Source: Rubrivivax sp. (GTDB lineage: Bacteria > Pseudomonadota > Gammaproteobacteria > Burkholderiales > Burkholderiaceae_C). From it: a stretch of 64,000 nt of DNA. The notes under the pieces were generated by a model. That model was not told the origin of the DNA and did not search any database. It was given only the letters and a program-made list of their open reading frames with translations. The translations under genes and the position numbers were made by a program. Below are positions 1-10,236 of the stretch, piece after piece (position 1 is the first letter of the stretch; every line of letters starts with the position of its first letter). The stretch spans positions 3,833-67,832 of the forward strand of contig JBILSM010000004.1 of assembly GCA_044372085.1 (NCBI GenBank), given 5' to 3'.

Positions 1-1
1 C

Positions 2-553
2 TTCTACGCCACCCCAGGTCTGAGTTGGAACCGCGAGACGCTGACGGGCTCGCCCTTCTTCTACTTTGCCTACGGTGCCGCCGTCAGCGAGGTCGTCATC
101 GACACCTTGACGGGCGAGACGCGCCTGCTGCGCGCCGATCTGCTGCACGACGCGGGGCGCTCACTCAACCCGGCGCTGGACATCGGTCAGGTCGAAGGAG
201 CCTATGTCCAAGGCCTGGGCTGGCTTACCAGCGAGGAACTCGTCTGGCACCCCGAGACCGGCCGGCTGCTGACGCACGCGCCCAGCACCTACAAGATTCC
301 CACCGCCAACGACGTGCCGGCGGCGTTCCACACCGCGCTGTTTGACAACGCCAACGTTCAGGACAGCATCCATCGCAGCAAGGCCGTGGGCGAGCCGCCG
401 ATCCTGCTGCCGTTCTCGGCATTCCTGGCCATCCGCGACGCCATCTCGGCCGCGGGCGGGCACCGGGTACAGCCCCCGCTGGACGCCCCCGCCACACCGG
501 AGGCGGTGCTGCGCGCCGTACAGGCGGTGCAGCAGCCGCAGGCGAAGGCCTGA
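2..553 (+). CDS. xdhB: Xanthine dehydrogenase molybdopterin-binding subunit, C-terminal part (5' end outside window)
   Basis: Open frame from position 2: FYATPG...FFYFAYGAAVSEV...DIGQVEGAYVQGLGW...TYKIP...SKAVGEPP (catalytic Glu motif). Confidence 0.93.
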   Translation, partial: FYATPGLSWNRETLTGSPFFYFAYGAAVSEVVIDTLTGETRLLRADLLHDAGRSLNPALDIGQVEGAYVQGLGWLTSEELVWHPETGRLLTHAPSTYKIPTANDVPAAFHTALFDNANVQDSIHRSKAVGEPPILLPFSAFLAIRDAISAAGGHRVQPPLDAPATPEAVLRAVQAVQQPQAKA

Positions 554-559
554 GCGCGA

Positions 560-1318
560 TCAGGCGCGCACGGCACCCAGCAGTTCCTGCGAACCGCTGA
601 TCAGCATCCGCGCGTCGGACCCGACGGTCACGAAGCGGAAACCCTTGGCGATGCGCGCGCGGGCCGCGGCCGGCCCGGCGTTGTGGATACCGGCCACGAC
701 GCCATGCGCCTGGGCCCGCGCCAGGATGTGTTCGAAGGCCTGCGCCGCCTTGGGCTCCACGTCGTCCATGGTCGGCTTGCAGCCCAGGGACAGCGAGAGG
801 TCTGACGGGCCGATGTAGATGGCATCCAGCCCCTCCACTGACAAGATGGCATCCAGGTTGTCCAGCGCCTGCGCCGTCTCGATCATGGCAAAGCGCACGA
901 TGTGGTCGTTGGCCGCCGTGGGGTAGTCCGCGCCCAGCACCAGGCCGGCGCGCACGGGGCCGAAGCTGCGTGTGCCGCGCGGCGCGTAGGACGTCCAGGC
1001 GACGAACTTCTGCGCCTCTTCCCGCGTGTTGATCATGGGGCAGATCAGGGCCTGCGCGCCGGCGTCCAGGCTCTTCATGATGATGCCGGGCTCCAGCCAG
1101 GGCACGCGCACCATGGGCAGGGTGTCGGTGGTGGAGATGGCTTGCAGCATGGTCACCATCTTCTGATAGTCCACCACGCCATGCTGCAGGTCCACGGTGA
1201 GCGAGTCCCAGCCCTGGCGGGCCATCACCTCGGCGGAAAAGCTGTCCGGTATGGCCAGCCAGCCGTTGACCACGGCGCGGTCTTGCTTCCACAGGGTGCG
1301 CAAACGGTTGTCCTTCAT
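560..1318 (-). CDS. HpcH/HpaI-family class II pyruvate aldolase (GarL-like candidate)
   Basis: DLQHG, VRVP, LDAGA, ICPMI, MIET, IYIGPSDLS motifs; directly downstream of gudD. Confidence 0.88.
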   Translation of the reverse strand: MKDNRLRTLWKQDRAVVNGWLAIPDSFSAEVMARQGWDSLTVDLQHGVVDYQKMVTMLQAISTTDTLPMVRVPWLEPGIIMKSLDAGAQALICPMINTREEAQKFVAWTSYAPRGTRSFGPVRAGLVLGADYPTAANDHIVRFAMIETAQALDNLDAILSVEGLDAIYIGPSDLSLSLGCKPTMDDVEPKAAQAFEHILARAQAHGVVAGIHNAGPAAARARIAKGFRFVTVGSDARMLISGSQELLGAVRA

Positions 1319-1368
1319 GGGAATCCTTCAGAGAGTGGGGCTTGGTTGAGACGGTCCGGCACCGGCCT

Positions 1369-2736
1369 TCAGCGCACCATGCAAGGTCGCTTGGGGTCGA
1401 AGCGCCAGCCGGGAATGAGGAACTGCATGGCCACGGCATCGTCGCGCGCGCCCAGGCCGTGCTGCAGGTACAGCGTGTGTGCCTTGTCGACTTCGGCCAT
1501 GTCCAGCTCGATGCCCAGGCCCGGCCGCTGAGGCACGCGCACCAGGCCGCCCTCGATCTGCAAGGGCTGCTTGGTCAGGCGCTGGCCGTCCTGCCAGATC
1601 CAATGCGTGTCGATCGCCGTCACCCGCCCGGGCGCCGCGGCGGCCACGTGGGTGAACATGGCCAGCGACACATCGAAGTGGTTGTTGGAGTGCGAGCCCC
1701 AGGTCAGGCCGAAGTCACGGCAGGTCTGCGCCACGCGCACGGAGCCTGAGAGCGTCCAGAAGTGCGGGTCGGCCAGCGGGATGTCCACCGACTGCAGCAC
1801 CAGCGAGTGCACCATCTGCCGCCAGTCCGTGGCCACCATGTTGGTGGCCGTGGGCAGCCCCGTGGCGCGCTTGAACTCGGCCATCACCTCGCGGCCGGAG
1901 AAACCCTCCTCCGCGCCGCAGGGGTCCTCGGCATAGGCCAGCACGCCGTGCAGGTCACGCAGCAGGCGCACGGCATCCTTGAGCAGCCAGCCCCCGTTCG
2001 GGTCCAGCGTGATGCGGGCCTGGGGAAAGCGCTCGTGCAAGGCGCGAATGGCCTCCACCTCCTCCTCGCCCCGCAGCACCCCGCCCTTGAGCTTGAAATC
2101 GTTGAAGCCATAGCGCGCGTGCGCAGCCTCGGCCTGGCGCACGATGGCCTCGGGGGTGACGGCCTGCTCGTGGCGAACGCGCCGCCAGCCGTCGGCTTCA
2201 TCGGGCTCGTCCGCGGGGCTCAGGTAGGACAGATCGGTTCGGGTGCGGTCGCCCACGAAGAAAAGGTAACCCAGCATCTCCACCGCGTCGCGCTGCTGCC
2301 CCTCGCCCAGCAGCGCAGCCACGGGCACCCCCAGGTGCTGGCCCAGCAGGTCCAGCAACGCCGACTCCAGCGCCGCGCAGGCGTGGATGGTGGTGCGCAG
2401 ATCGAAGGTCTGCTGCCCTCGCCCGCCACTGTCGCGGTCGGCAAAGCGCTCGCGCACGCTGCGCAGCACCGCCTGCCAGCGGCCCAGGGGCTGGCCCACC
2501 ACCAGTTCCGCGGCGTCTTGCAAGGTCTGGGTGATCTTCTGGCCGCCCGGCACCTCGCCAATGCCCGTGCGCCCGGCGCTGTCGGTCAGGATCAGCAGGT
2601 TGCGGGTGAAGAACGGGCCGTGCGCGCCGGACAGGTTCAGCAGCATGCCGTCACGGCCGGCCACGGGGATGGCGCGCAACGAGACGACGACTGGCGTGGG
2701 GTCACTGGACATGGCCACTTCGGCAACGTGCGACAT
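1369..2736 (-). CDS. gudD: Glucarate dehydratase (enolase superfamily)
   Basis: [63 protein letters not shown]; -10-like TAGGAT 6 nt before ATG 2736 (alternative ATG 2712). Confidence 0.95.
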   Translation of the reverse strand: MSHVAEVAMSSDPTPVVVSLRAIPVAGRDGMLLNLSGAHGPFFTRNLLILTDSAGRTGIGEVPGGQKITQTLQDAAELVVGQPLGRWQAVLRSVRERFADRDSGGRGQQTFDLRTTIHACAALESALLDLLGQHLGVPVAALLGEGQQRDAVEMLGYLFFVGDRTRTDLSYLSPADEPDEADGWRRVRHEQAVTPEAIVRQAEAAHARYGFNDFKLKGGVLRGEEEVEAIRALHERFPQARITLDPNGGWLLKDAVRLLRDLHGVLAYAEDPCGAEEGFSGREVMAEFKRATGLPTATNMVATDWRQMVHSLVLQSVDIPLADPHFWTLSGSVRVAQTCRDFGLTWGSHSNNHFDVSLAMFTHVAAAAPGRVTAIDTHWIWQDGQRLTKQPLQIEGGLVRVPQRPGLGIELDMAEVDKAHTLYLQHGLGARDDAVAMQFLIPGWRFDPKRPCMVR

Positions 2737-2865
2737 GGCCGCATCCTAAGGCGCGGACCGTGGGAGGCTGCCATCTCCCGCACCGCCGCAACCCCCGGGA
2801 CTTTCCCTCTCACCGCAGGGCCTGCATCGGCAGTACGCTCGGCGCCGCTTCTTCCTCTGCGATCC

Positions 2866-3687
2866 ATGAACGACACCGCTGCCACCACCTCCCTGCGCTT
2901 TTCTCGCCTGCTGCTCACGGGGGCCGCCGGCGGGCTGGGGCGCGTGCTGCGGCCACGGTTGAAGGCCTGCTGCGATGTGCTGCGGCTGAGCGACATCGCC
3001 GATCTGGGCGCAGCCGCAGCGGGTGAGGAACTGCGCCCCTGCCGCCTGGAAGACAAGGCTGCAGTGCTCTCGATGCTAGAGGGTGTGGACGCCGTGGTGC
3101 ACCTGGGCGGTGTGTCCGTGGAGCGGGCCTTCGAGGAGATCGTCGGCCCGAACATCTCCGGTCTTTACCACCTCTACGAAGGCGCACGGCTGCACGGCGC
3201 GCGGCGCATCGTCTTCGCCAGTTCCAACCATGTCACGGGCTTTCGAAGGCAGGACGAGACCGTCTCGCCGCGCGAGCCGGTGCGCCCGGACGGCTACTAC
3301 GGCCTGAGCAAAGCCTTCGGCGAGAACCTGGCGCAGTTCTATTTCGACCGCTGGGGCATCGAGACCGTGAGCCTGCGCATCGGCTCATCCTTCCCTGAAC
3401 CGAAGGACCGCCGCATGCTGGCCACCTGGCTGAGCTACGACGACCTGGAGAGATTGGTCGTCTCAGCACTCACCGCACCGGCCGTGGGCCACACCGTGGT
3501 CTACGGCATGAGCGACAACCGCCTGACCTGGTGGGACAACACTGCTGCGCGCCACGTGGGCTTTCGGCCGCTGGACTCGTCAGAGCCCTTTCGCACAGAG
3601 GTCGAAGCCCGCCAGCAGCGCATTGACCTCCGCGATCCGGCTGCCGTCTTCCAGGGCGGCGGCTTCGTGAAGATGGGTCCGTTCTGA
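2866..3687 (+). CDS. udh: Uronate dehydrogenase (extended SDR)
   Basis: LLTGAAGGLG, VHLGGVSVE, FASSNHVTGF, PDGYYGLSK, LRIGSSFPEPKDRRMLATWLS, FQGGGF; start at ATG 2866 inside the longer listed ORF. Confidence 0.9.
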   Translation: MNDTAATTSLRFSRLLLTGAAGGLGRVLRPRLKACCDVLRLSDIADLGAAAAGEELRPCRLEDKAAVLSMLEGVDAVVHLGGVSVERAFEEIVGPNISGLYHLYEGARLHGARRIVFASSNHVTGFRRQDETVSPREPVRPDGYYGLSKAFGENLAQFYFDRWGIETVSLRIGSSFPEPKDRRMLATWLSYDDLERLVVSALTAPAVGHTVVYGMSDNRLTWWDNTAARHVGFRPLDSSEPFRTEVEARQQRIDLRDPAAVFQGGGFVKMGPF

Positions 3688-3798
3688 GGCTGAGCACAGG
3701 GGCCTTGCAGGATGGATGCGTCAAGCCGGAAGTCGAATGTGAAGTCTTCAACACTGGCCGAGGCTTCAGGTCAGGACTTGCAAATTCGCCAGGGCCCT

Positions 3799-4746
3799 AT
3801 GAGCCTGCGCTACCCCGACCCCGCCATCGAGGTCCTCGACCCCGCCTTCCTGCCGCTGCGCCTGTTCAGCTCCTCCGTCGAGCTGCTGGCCACGGGCATG
3901 CACTGGGCCGAGGGGCCGGTGTGGTTCGGCGACGGACGCTACGTTCTGGTGTCGGACATCCCCAACAACCGCATCCTGCGCTGGGACGAGTGCTCGGGCG
4001 AGGTGAGCGTATTCCGTCAACCGTCGAACAACGCCAACGGCCACACACGAGACCTGCAAGGTCGGCTGGTGAGCTGCGAGCACCTCACGCGCCGCATCAC
4101 CCGCACCGAGCAGGATGGCTCGATCACCGTGCTGGCGGACCGCTTCGAAAGCCGGCGGCTCAACTCGCCCAACGACATCGTCTGCGCGCGCGACGGCGCG
4201 CTGTGGTTCACCGACCCGCCGTTTGGCATCCACGGCTTCTGGGAAGGCGAACCAGCCGAACCCGAGCTGCCGTTCCAGGGCGTGTTCCGGCTCGACCCGG
4301 ACACCGGCCGACTGCAGGTCATGATCACCGACCTGGCCGGCCCGAATGGCCTGGCCTTCTCGCCCGACGGCTCGGTGCTCTACGTGGTGGAGAGCCGCGC
4401 CAAGCCGCACCGCCTCATCTGGGGCTGGGACGTGGGCGCGGACGGCGCGCTGTCGAACAAGCGGCTGATCGTCGACGCCCAGGGCCCTGGTGCACTGGAC
4501 GGCTTTGCCGTGGACGTGAAAGGCCACCTCTGGTGCGGCTGGGGCAGCGACGGCTCGCTGGGTGCCGATGCGCAGGCGCTGGACGGCGTGCGCGTCTTCA
4601 CCCCGCAAGGTCAGGCCATCTCCCACATCCACCTGCCTGAGCGCTGCGCCAACGTGTGCTTTGGCGGGCGGCACCGCAACCGGCTGTTCATGGCGGCCAG
4701 TCACTCGCTGTATGCCTTGCATGTGAACGTGCAGGGGGCGTTGTGA
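3799..4746 (+). CDS. SMP-30/gluconolactonase-family lactonase (probable aldarolactone lactonase)
   Basis: [44 protein letters not shown]; located between udh and garD. Confidence 0.88.
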   Translation: MSLRYPDPAIEVLDPAFLPLRLFSSSVELLATGMHWAEGPVWFGDGRYVLVSDIPNNRILRWDECSGEVSVFRQPSNNANGHTRDLQGRLVSCEHLTRRITRTEQDGSITVLADRFESRRLNSPNDIVCARDGALWFTDPPFGIHGFWEGEPAEPELPFQGVFRLDPDTGRLQVMITDLAGPNGLAFSPDGSVLYVVESRAKPHRLIWGWDVGADGALSNKRLIVDAQGPGALDGFAVDVKGHLWCGWGSDGSLGADAQALDGVRVFTPQGQAISHIHLPERCANVCFGGRHRNRLFMAASHSLYALHVNVQGAL

Positions 4747-6335
4747 GCGGGCCCACGTCCACCCTGCCCCAGCCGGTGCTGGTGCGGATGCACCCGGCCG
4801 ACAACGTGGCCATCGTCGGCAACGAGGGCGGCCTGCCGGCCGGTACCGTGCTGCCGGAACCGGCCGCCGGGCGGGCACTGCGCGAGCGCGTGCCCCAAGC
4901 GCACAAGGTGGCGCTGGTGGACATCCCCGAGGGGGCAGCCGTCACGCGCTACGGCGTGACGATCGGCCACGCGCTGCGCGACCTGCCGGCGGGCAGTTGG
5001 GTGCATGAGCGTGTGCTGCGCATGCCGCCCGCGCGCGGGCTCACCGGCTTGCCGATGGCATCGACGAAAGCCCCCGCCTTTGAGGCGCTGCAGGGCTACA
5101 CCTTCCAGGGCTACCGCAACCCCGACGGCTCGGTAGGCACGCGCAATCTGCTGGCCATCACCACCACCGTGCAATGCGTGGCCGGGGTGCTGGACGTGGC
5201 CGTGGAGCGCATCCGCCGCGAGCTGCTGCCGCGCTACCCGAACGTGGACGGCGTGGTGGCCCTCGAACATGCCTACGGCTGCGGCGTCGCCATTGATGCG
5301 CCGGAGGCAGTGATCCCCATCCGCACGGTGCGCCACCTGGCGCGCAACCCGAACTTTGGCGGTGAAGTGATGGTGGTCAGCCTGGGCTGCGAGAAGTTGC
5401 AGCCCGAGCGCCTGCTGCCGCCCGGCAGCCTGCCCATCCCGGTGCAGCCCGCAGGCAGCAGCACGACGCCAGCGCCCTACTCCCACGTCTGCCTGCAGGA
5501 CGCGCAGCACGTGGGCTTCGGCTCCATGATCAGCCACATCCTGGCCACGGCCGAGCAGCATCTGCAGCGCTTGAACGCCAGGCAGCGCGAGACCGTGCCC
5601 GCGAGTGAGCTGGTGGTGGGCGTGCAGTGCGGCGGCAGCGACGCCTTCAGCGGCGTGACCGCCAACCCGGCGGTGGGCGTGTGCGCCGACCTGCTGGTGC
5701 GCGCCGGCGCAACGGTGATGTTCTCCGAGACCACCGAGGTGCGTGACGCCGTGGAAACGCTGACCGCGCGCTGCGCCAGCACCGAGGTGGCCCAGAAGAT
5801 GGTCGACGAGATGGCCTGGTACGACGCCTACCTGCAGCGCGGTCAGGTGGACCGCAGCGCCAACACCACGCCCGGCAACAAGGCTGGCGGCCTGTCCAAC
5901 ATCGTCGAAAAGGCCATGGGGTCCGTCGTCAAGAGCGGCTCCATGCCGATCTCGGCCGTGCTGTCGCCGGGCGAGCGGGCGCAGACCCGGGGCCTGATCT
6001 ACGCCGCCACACCGGCCAGCGATTTCATCTGCGGCACGCTGCAACTCGCCGCGGGCATGAACCTGCATGTCTTCACCACCGGCCGCGGCACGCCCTACGG
6101 CCTGGCCGAGTGCCCGGTGGTCAAGGTGGCCACCCGCACCGACCTGGCCCAGCGCTGGCACGACCTGATGGACCTCAACGCCGGCGAGGTGGCCGATGGG
6201 CTGTGCAGCGTCGAGCAGATGGGCTGGCAGCTCTTCCATTTGCTGCTGGAAGTGGCCAGTGGCCGCCAGACCTGGGCCGAGGTGCATGGGCTGAGCAATC
6301 AGCTGGTGCTGTTCAATCCAGCCCCCGTAACCTGA
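4743..6335 (+). CDS. garD: Galactarate dehydratase (SAF + GD_AH_C domains)
   Basis: [62 protein letters not shown]; GTG start overlaps the lactonase stop. Confidence 0.93.
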   Translation: MSGPTSTLPQPVLVRMHPADNVAIVGNEGGLPAGTVLPEPAAGRALRERVPQAHKVALVDIPEGAAVTRYGVTIGHALRDLPAGSWVHERVLRMPPARGLTGLPMASTKAPAFEALQGYTFQGYRNPDGSVGTRNLLAITTTVQCVAGVLDVAVERIRRELLPRYPNVDGVVALEHAYGCGVAIDAPEAVIPIRTVRHLARNPNFGGEVMVVSLGCEKLQPERLLPPGSLPIPVQPAGSSTTPAPYSHVCLQDAQHVGFGSMISHILATAEQHLQRLNARQRETVPASELVVGVQCGGSDAFSGVTANPAVGVCADLLVRAGATVMFSETTEVRDAVETLTARCASTEVAQKMVDEMAWYDAYLQRGQVDRSANTTPGNKAGGLSNIVEKAMGSVVKSGSMPISAVLSPGERAQTRGLIYAATPASDFICGTLQLAAGMNLHVFTTGRGTPYGLAECPVVKVATRTDLAQRWHDLMDLNAGEVADGLCSVEQMGWQLFHLLLEVASGRQTWAEVHGLSNQLVLFNPAPVT

Positions 6336-6437
6336 GCCAGCGAGAATACCGGACGCCCGCAGGCCGGGCTGACGCATGCCCAGCGCCGGCAAGGGCCCCG
6401 GCTTGGGGATACCATTTCTCTCCTACCCTGTAATTCC

Positions 6438-6998
6438 ATGGCCGACAACAAAGACGCTCTCCTGCTACGGCTCGCCAGCCACGTGAACCTGTTTTCCGGC
6501 ATGCCGCGAACCGCGCTGGAAAGATTGATCGCTCTTGCCGACCGTGTCACGCAAAAGACGGACGGTTTGTTCTTCGACGAAGGGGAGATGGGCGCTTCCT
6601 TCTACGTCGTGGTGATGGGCAGTGTGGCCGTGGAGAAGAGGTCCGGTTCGCACCGGATCGAACTTAGCCAACTCAAGCCGGGCGATACCTTCGGCGAGAT
6701 GTCGCTCCTGGACGATAAGTACCGCTCGGCCCGCGTACGTGCCCTAGAGCCGACGGTGTGTCTGCGCTTCCCAGGCCGAGGCCTCGAGGACTCACCTGAC
6801 GTTCAGGCCGTCATCTACAAAAACATGGCTCGCATGCTCACCCAACGTCTGAAAGCGAACAACACGGAAGTGGCCAGTTTCAAGGCCGAGAAGATCGAAG
6901 CCGCTGCCGCGGCAGAGTCCACCGCGAAAAAGCCCGAGATGGGAACCGGTGGCTTCATGTCGCGGGGCGAAGAGCGAGCCCACCTCCGCAAGACTTAG
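6438..6998 (+). CDS. Stand-alone cyclic nucleotide-binding domain protein (no HTH)
   Basis: FFDEGEMGASFYVVVMGSV...LKPGDTFGEMSLL...RSARVRA cNMP signature. Confidence 0.85.
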   Translation: MADNKDALLLRLASHVNLFSGMPRTALERLIALADRVTQKTDGLFFDEGEMGASFYVVVMGSVAVEKRSGSHRIELSQLKPGDTFGEMSLLDDKYRSARVRALEPTVCLRFPGRGLEDSPDVQAVIYKNMARMLTQRLKANNTEVASFKAEKIEAAAAAESTAKKPEMGTGGFMSRGEERAHLRKT

Positions 6999-7864
6999 CC
7001 GGCCCGCTCGTTGGCGGACGTACGGGACTGCATCAGCAGCTGAGCCGCCACCGCCACGGCAATGACCTCGGGTTCCTTGCCTGCGATGCCCGGCACCCCG
7101 ATGGGGCAGGTGACCAGATCGCACGCCTGCTCGCTGAAACCGCGTTCGCGCAGCCGGTGGCGAAAAGTGGCCCACTTGGTCTTGCTGCCGATCAGGCCGA
7201 TGAAGGCCACGTCACCGCGCATCTGCTGGCGCTTGAGACAGGCTTGCACGATGTCCAGATCTTCGGCATGGCTGAAGCTCATGATCAACACGCGCGTGCC
7301 AGGCGCCAGATCAGGCACCGCGGCCTGCACGGGATCAGAGTGCTCGCAGTGCACGTGCGAAGGCAGCCCGGGCGGGAAGATCTCGTCCCTGCTGTCCACC
7401 CATCGCACCTCGAACGGCAAGGTCTGCAGGATGCGCACCAGGGCCCGCCCGACATGGCCGCCCCCGAACAAGGCTACCGGGGTGCCTCGCGGACGCAGCC
7501 GGGCTTTCCAGTCTGCGTGCAGCGGTCCTTGAATCGGCTCGAAACGCAAGACCACCACGCCACCGCAGCACTGTCCCAGGCTCGGCCCCAGGGAGAAGCG
7601 GCGGGTGAAGGGGCCGCCTGCAGCCGCCTCGGCATCGGCGCCCAGACCGCCACTCAAACACTGGCGGGCCAGCGCGATGGCGGAGTGCTCCAGGTGCCCG
7701 CCCCCCAGGGTGTTGATGAGCTGATCGGCAAACACCGCCATCCAGGCTCCGGCCTCGCGCGGGGCCGACCCCTGGACATGCTCGACCGTCACCAGAACCG
7801 CGCGCGGCCCCTCAGGACGAGGGCCCAAGGCGGCCACCAGGGCCTCCAGCGCCAGCGGGGTCAC
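6995..7864 (-). CDS. xdhC: Xanthine dehydrogenase accessory protein XdhC
   Basis: GSAPREAGA, TLGGGHLE, LGPSLGQCCGG, FGGGHVG, FSHAEDL, IGLIGSKTK, GKEPEVIA. Confidence 0.95.
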   Translation of the reverse strand: MTPLALEALVAALGPRPEGPRAVLVTVEHVQGSAPREAGAWMAVFADQLINTLGGGHLEHSAIALARQCLSGGLGADAEAAAGGPFTRRFSLGPSLGQCCGGVVVLRFEPIQGPLHADWKARLRPRGTPVALFGGGHVGRALVRILQTLPFEVRWVDSRDEIFPPGLPSHVHCEHSDPVQAAVPDLAPGTRVLIMSFSHAEDLDIVQACLKRQQMRGDVAFIGLIGSKTKWATFRHRLRERGFSEQACDLVTCPIGVPGIAGKEPEVIAVAVAAQLLMQSRTSANERAG

Positions 7865-10218
7865 GCCCGGGCGGCGCGCAGTTGCTCCACAGCCAGCAGG
7901 ATGCGCTCGGGCGTGGCGGGCGCATCCATGCCCAGCACCTGACCGGGCCCCGCCGTGGACGCCACCGCGTCACGCAGCGCAAAGTAGGCCGACAGCGCCA
8001 GCATCAGCGGCGGCTCGCCCACGGCCTTGCTGCGGTAGGGCGTGGGCTTGACGTTCTGGCCGTCGAACAGGCTCACCTTGAAGTGCTCGGGCACGTCGCC
8101 GGCCACGGGAATCTTGTAGGTGCTGGGGCCGTGTGTCAGCAGCTTGCCCTGCTTGTCCCAGATGCACTCTTCCATCGTCAGCCAGCCCATGCCCTGGATG
8201 TAGGCGCCCTCGACCTGGCCGCGGTCGATGGCCGGGTTGATGCTGCGGCCCACGTCGTGCACGATGTCCACGCCCTTGAGCCACCACTCGCCCGTCAGCG
8301 TGTCGATCTCCATCTCAGAGACGGCCGCGCCATAGCAGAAGTAATAGAAGGCCCGGCCCTTCAAGGTCTGGAAGTCGTAGGCGATGTCGGGCGTCATGTA
8401 GAAGCCCGTCATGCCCAGGCCCACGCGGTCCAGCCAGGCCTGCTTCACCAGGGCCTGCCAGGTGACCACCTTGCCACCGCCCAGCGCCTGGCCACCCTGC
8501 AGCACCACCTCCTCTGCGACGCAGCCGAGCATGCGGCCGGCCACGGCCGACAGGCGAGCGCGCAGCTGGTCGCAGGCGTTGTTGATGGCCGCGCCATTGA
8601 TGTCGGCACCGCTGGACGCGGCCGTGGCCGAGGCGTTGGGTACCTTCTGCGTGTCAGTGGCGGTCACGCGCACCAGGCTCACGGGGATACCCAGGCCGTC
8701 CGCGGCCACCTGCGCCATCTTGGTGTTCAGGCCCTGGCCCATCTCGGTGCCGCCGTGGTTCACGCTGACCGAGCCGTCCTGGTAGATGTTCACCAGCGCC
8801 GCGCCCTGGTTGAGCATGGTGGCGGTGAACGAGATGCCGAACTTCAGCGGCACCAGCGCCAGGCCGCGCTTGCGGTGGGTGTGGGCAGCGTTGAAGGCCT
8901 TGACGGCCTCGCGCCGTGCACGGTAGCCAGACTCGGCTTCCAACTGCGCCATCAGCTTGTCGCCAATCCAGTCCTCGATCACCTGCCCGTACTGCGTGGT
9001 CATCGAACCGGGGTCGCCTGAAGCTGCCGGATCGCGGTACAGATTGGCCAGACGCACGTCCAGCGGATCCTTGCCCAGGCGGTTGGCGATTTGTTCGATC
9101 ACGGTCTCGATGCCGAACATGCCCTGCGGCCCGCCAAAGCCGCGGAAGGCCGTGGCACTTTGCATGTTCGTCTTGCAACGGTGGCTGACGATCTTCAGGT
9201 TCGGCAGGTGGTAGAGGTTATCGATGTGCAGCACTGCGCGGTCGTTCACCGGGCCGGAGAAGTCGGTGCTGTAGCCGCAGCGCGAAGCCAGCACGAAATC
9301 CACCCCCAGGATACGGCCCGCATCATCGAAGCCCACCTCGTAGTCCAGGCGGAAGTCATGCCGCTTGCCCGTGATCATCATGTCGTCGTCACGGTTCACG
9401 CGCAGCTTCACGGGCCGCTTGAGCTTGAAGGCGGCCAGCGCGGCCGACTGCGAGAAGATGCTGGCGTTACCTTCCTTGCCGCCAAAGCCGCCGCCCATGC
9501 GGCGGCAGATCACTTCAACGTCCTTGGTGCTCAGGTTCAGCGCGGCAGCGGCCTCGCGCTGGTTGCCGTCCGGGTGCTGGGTGGAGACGTAAAGGGTGAG
9601 CTGCCCGTCCTCGCGCGGCACGGCATAGGTGATCTGCCCTTCCAGGTAGAACTGCTCCTGCTGGCCGCAGTGGGTGCGCCCCTTGAGGCGGTGCGGCGCG
9701 GCGGCGATGGCGCCGTCCGGGTCCCCCCGGGTGATGCCCTTGGGCGGCATGACGAAGCTGCCCTGGGCCATGGCCTCGTCAATGCTGAGGATGGCGGGCA
9801 GTTCCTTGACCTGCACCTTCGCCTTCTTGGCCGCCTCACGGGCGTAGAGCATGTCGCGCGCCACCACCACCGCCACCGCTTGGCCCAGGAACTCCACCTT
9901 GCCTGCAGCCAGGAAGGGATCATCATGGACGATGGGGCCACAGTTGTTCTCGCCCGGGATGTCCTTGGCAGTGAACACCGCCACCACGCCGTGTTCGGCC
10001 AGTAGGGCCTGGCGGTCGATGCCTTCACCGATCAGCTCGCCATGCGCCACGGGCGACAGCACCAGCGCGGCGTACAGCGTGCCGCGCAACTCCGGCAGGT
10101 CGTCGGTGTAGACCGCCTCGCCGGTGACGTGCAGCACGGCGGACTCGTGGGTCAGATCACGTCCCTGCGCAGCGTGTGCGGCGGGCAGGAGTTCCTTCAG
10201 CGTGGTGGGCGCGTTCAT
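7861..10218 (-). CDS. xdhB: Xanthine dehydrogenase molybdopterin-binding subunit
   Basis: HESAVLHVTGEAVYTDD, QEQFYLE, RMGGGFGGKE, AFRGFGGPQG, GGTEMGQGL, SKAVGEPP. Confidence 0.96.
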   Translation of the reverse strand: MNAPTTLKELLPAAHAAQGRDLTHESAVLHVTGEAVYTDDLPELRGTLYAALVLSPVAHGELIGEGIDRQALLAEHGVVAVFTAKDIPGENNCGPIVHDDPFLAAGKVEFLGQAVAVVVARDMLYAREAAKKAKVQVKELPAILSIDEAMAQGSFVMPPKGITRGDPDGAIAAAPHRLKGRTHCGQQEQFYLEGQITYAVPREDGQLTLYVSTQHPDGNQREAAAALNLSTKDVEVICRRMGGGFGGKEGNASIFSQSAALAAFKLKRPVKLRVNRDDDMMITGKRHDFRLDYEVGFDDAGRILGVDFVLASRCGYSTDFSGPVNDRAVLHIDNLYHLPNLKIVSHRCKTNMQSATAFRGFGGPQGMFGIETVIEQIANRLGKDPLDVRLANLYRDPAASGDPGSMTTQYGQVIEDWIGDKLMAQLEAESGYRARREAVKAFNAAHTHRKRGLALVPLKFGISFTATMLNQGAALVNIYQDGSVSVNHGGTEMGQGLNTKMAQVAADGLGIPVSLVRVTATDTQKVPNASATAASSGADINGAAINNACDQLRARLSAVAGRMLGCVAEEVVLQGGQALGGGKVVTWQALVKQAWLDRVGLGMTGFYMTPDIAYDFQTLKGRAFYYFCYGAAVSEMEIDTLTGEWWLKGVDIVHDVGRSINPAIDRGQVEGAYIQGMGWLTMEECIWDKQGKLLTHGPSTYKIPVAGDVPEHFKVSLFDGQNVKPTPYRSKAVGEPPLMLALSAYFALRDAVASTAGPGQVLGMDAPATPERILLAVEQLRAARA

Positions 10219-10236
10219 GTGAGGTCTCCTTGCCGT

